NCBI RefSeq assembly: GCF_006345805.1
Contig: NW_021828029.1
Location: forward strand, 1 to 9,058
Source of the DNA: Octopus sinensis
Taxonomy: Eukaryota
DNA: 9,058 nt
Direction of reading: 5' to 3'
Part shown: positions 7,889 through 9,058 of the stretch, piece after piece
How positions within the stretch are numbered: position 1 is the stretch's first letter
Layout: each line of letters starts with the position of its first letter
Translations under genes and position numbers: made by a program
Notes under the pieces: generated by a model
What the model was told of the DNA's origin: nothing
The model's database searches: none
The model's input: only the letters and a program-made list of their open reading frames with translations

Positions 7889-7943
<55 letters not shown>
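7672..7943. repeat. Compound (CTA)n-(TAA/TGA)n array ending in pure (TAA)18
   Basis: Directly visible; pure TAA at 7890-7943. Confidence 0.97.
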
Positions 7944-7945
<2 letters not shown>

Positions 7946-8541
7946 TATTTCCGAAGACAGGTTGGTGTTGAGCTCAAAATTGACCGGATGCAATAAAATT
8001 CAAGCAGTTAATACATGGGAGATAACATCACTTCGGTATGGAGCGGGAATTATAAAATGGCAAATGAGAGAAATGAAGAAAATAGATACCAAGACCAGAA
8101 AAATGTTGAAAGTACACGGAGCCTTCCACCCTAAGAGTGACACCAATAGTCTGTACTTGTCCAGAAGAAAGGGTGGGAGAGGTTTGATCAGTTGCCAGGA
8201 CTGTATCAAAGGAGAGGAAAACAGCCAAGAGTGGTATATAAAAAAAACCGTGGGGCCACTGTTGAAACACCAAGAAGGCTGGTGTCATTAACACTGAAAA
8301 TTGTGTAACTAAAGAAAATTTAAACAAGAAATGAACAAAAAAAAATCATGGAAAGAAAAGAAAATATACGGTCATTTTGCAACATGTGAACGCCAAGGGA
8401 GATACAGAGGACTGGTGGCTATGGATGAGGAGGAGTGACCCGAAGATGGAAACAGAAGCACTCATATGCGCAGCTCAGGAACAAGCATTAAGGACTAACT
8501 ATATGAAGTGCAGATCAGACAACACTACCGATAGTGACAAA

Positions 8542-8595
8542 TGCAGATTGTGTGGTGAGAAGGGGGAGACGGTATGGCACATCGTTAGCGAATGC
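8542..8595 (+). pseudogene. CCHC zinc knuckle (C-X2-C-X8-H-X4-C) of the RLE retrotransposon
   Basis: CRLCGEKGETVWHIVSEC in ORF 8377-8658, followed by the conserved RH at 8626-8631. Confidence 0.9.
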
Positions 8596-8782
8596 CCGAA
8601 ATTGGCACAACGCGAATACAAAAGACGCCATGAAAATGTGGCAAGAATGATCCATTGAGAGTTCTGTGGAAAGGGTAAAGACGTGGTATGAGGACACTCT
8701 AGAAGGAGTCAGCGAAAATGAGAATTGCAGAATCCTGTGGAATGCAATGGTCCGGTGCGATCACCCGACCAGACATCGGAAA

Positions 8783-9058
8783 CCGGATATTGTTGTGGTG
8801 AATAAAAAAGAAAGAACATGTATGATAATCGACATAGCATGCCATGCTGACAACAGGATCAATGTGAAAGAAGGATGGAAAATGAATAACTATGACATTT
8901 GAAGTGGGAAATACGAAGGTTGTGGTCAATGAAGAGAGTAGACATGATACCAATAGTAATTGGTGCAATTGGAAGTATCAGCACTAAACTACCAGCATGG
9001 CTGAAAAAGATTGGTGCATGTGTGAAAGTAGAACACCTACAAAAATCAGCAGTGCTTG
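8783..9058 (+). pseudogene. Restriction-like (PD..D) endonuclease domain, frameshifted
   Basis: PD-X14-D (8783-8833); the expected KxxKY reads KMNNY; after a frameshift at ~8897, 53 open codons run to the window end. Confidence 0.88.

Larger units (their letters stand above)
7943..9058 (+). mobile_element. 5'-truncated, inactivated R4/Dong-clade non-LTR retrotransposon (RLE-type LINE); continues beyond the window
   Basis: Joined frames give KYFRR-RLVLSSKLTGCNKIQAVNTW..LRYGAGIIKW..IDTKTRK..HPKSDTNSLYLSRRKGGRGL (RT C-terminal region), ETEALICAAQEQAL, CRLCGEKGETVWHIVSEC, YKRRHENVA, KPDIVVVNKKERTCMIIDIAC and LKWEIRRLW..IPIVIGAIG..LQKSAVL. These motifs are characteristic of R4/Dong/Rex6 ORFs. Frameshifts near 7958, 8272, 8321, 8382, 8670 and 8897, and a TGA at 8656-8658. 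The RT catalytic core is absent. Confidence 0.92.

Noticed and set aside
5982-7996. Poly-Ile/Tyr/Met/Ser/Lys ORFs
   Set aside because: These are translations of trinucleotide and A-rich repeats; several use non-ATG starts.
8000-8968. Minus-strand ORFs over the LINE
   Set aside because: They are antisense shadows of the decayed plus-strand ORF with no recognisable motifs.
1-9058. CRISPR arrays, hammerhead cores, prokaryotic operon or terminator features
   Set aside because: No repeat-spacer periodicity and no convincing CUGANGA/GAAA three-stem core were seen; the context is eukaryotic.

Overview
Eukaryotic, repeat-saturated intronic or intergenic DNA with no intact protein-coding gene. The tRNA-derived SINE families and extreme microsatellite density resemble an octopus or other coleoid cephalopod genome (inference from familiarity, not a database match). 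Positions 1-3100 are a cluster of mobile elements: a GC-rich structured element ending in a CAA tail, with a candidate HDV-like ribozyme fold; two family-A SINEs, one with a perfect 16-bp TSD; a V-SINE-like element with a 9-bp TSD; a hAT-type MITE interrupted by a family-B SINE; and a second family-B SINE forming a ~410-bp-armed inverted repeat with the first. Positions 3400-7940 are mostly microsatellite fields (CA, CT, TTG, TAT, TAA) with a small unique island that may be an exon. Positions 7943-9058 are a 5'-truncated, frameshifted R4/Dong-clade non-LTR retrotransposon (RT C-terminal region, CCHC knuckle, restriction-like endonuclease) abutting a pure (TAA)18 run, the known target of Dong elements. 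Nearly all ORFs in the supplied track are microsatellite or SINE artefacts.
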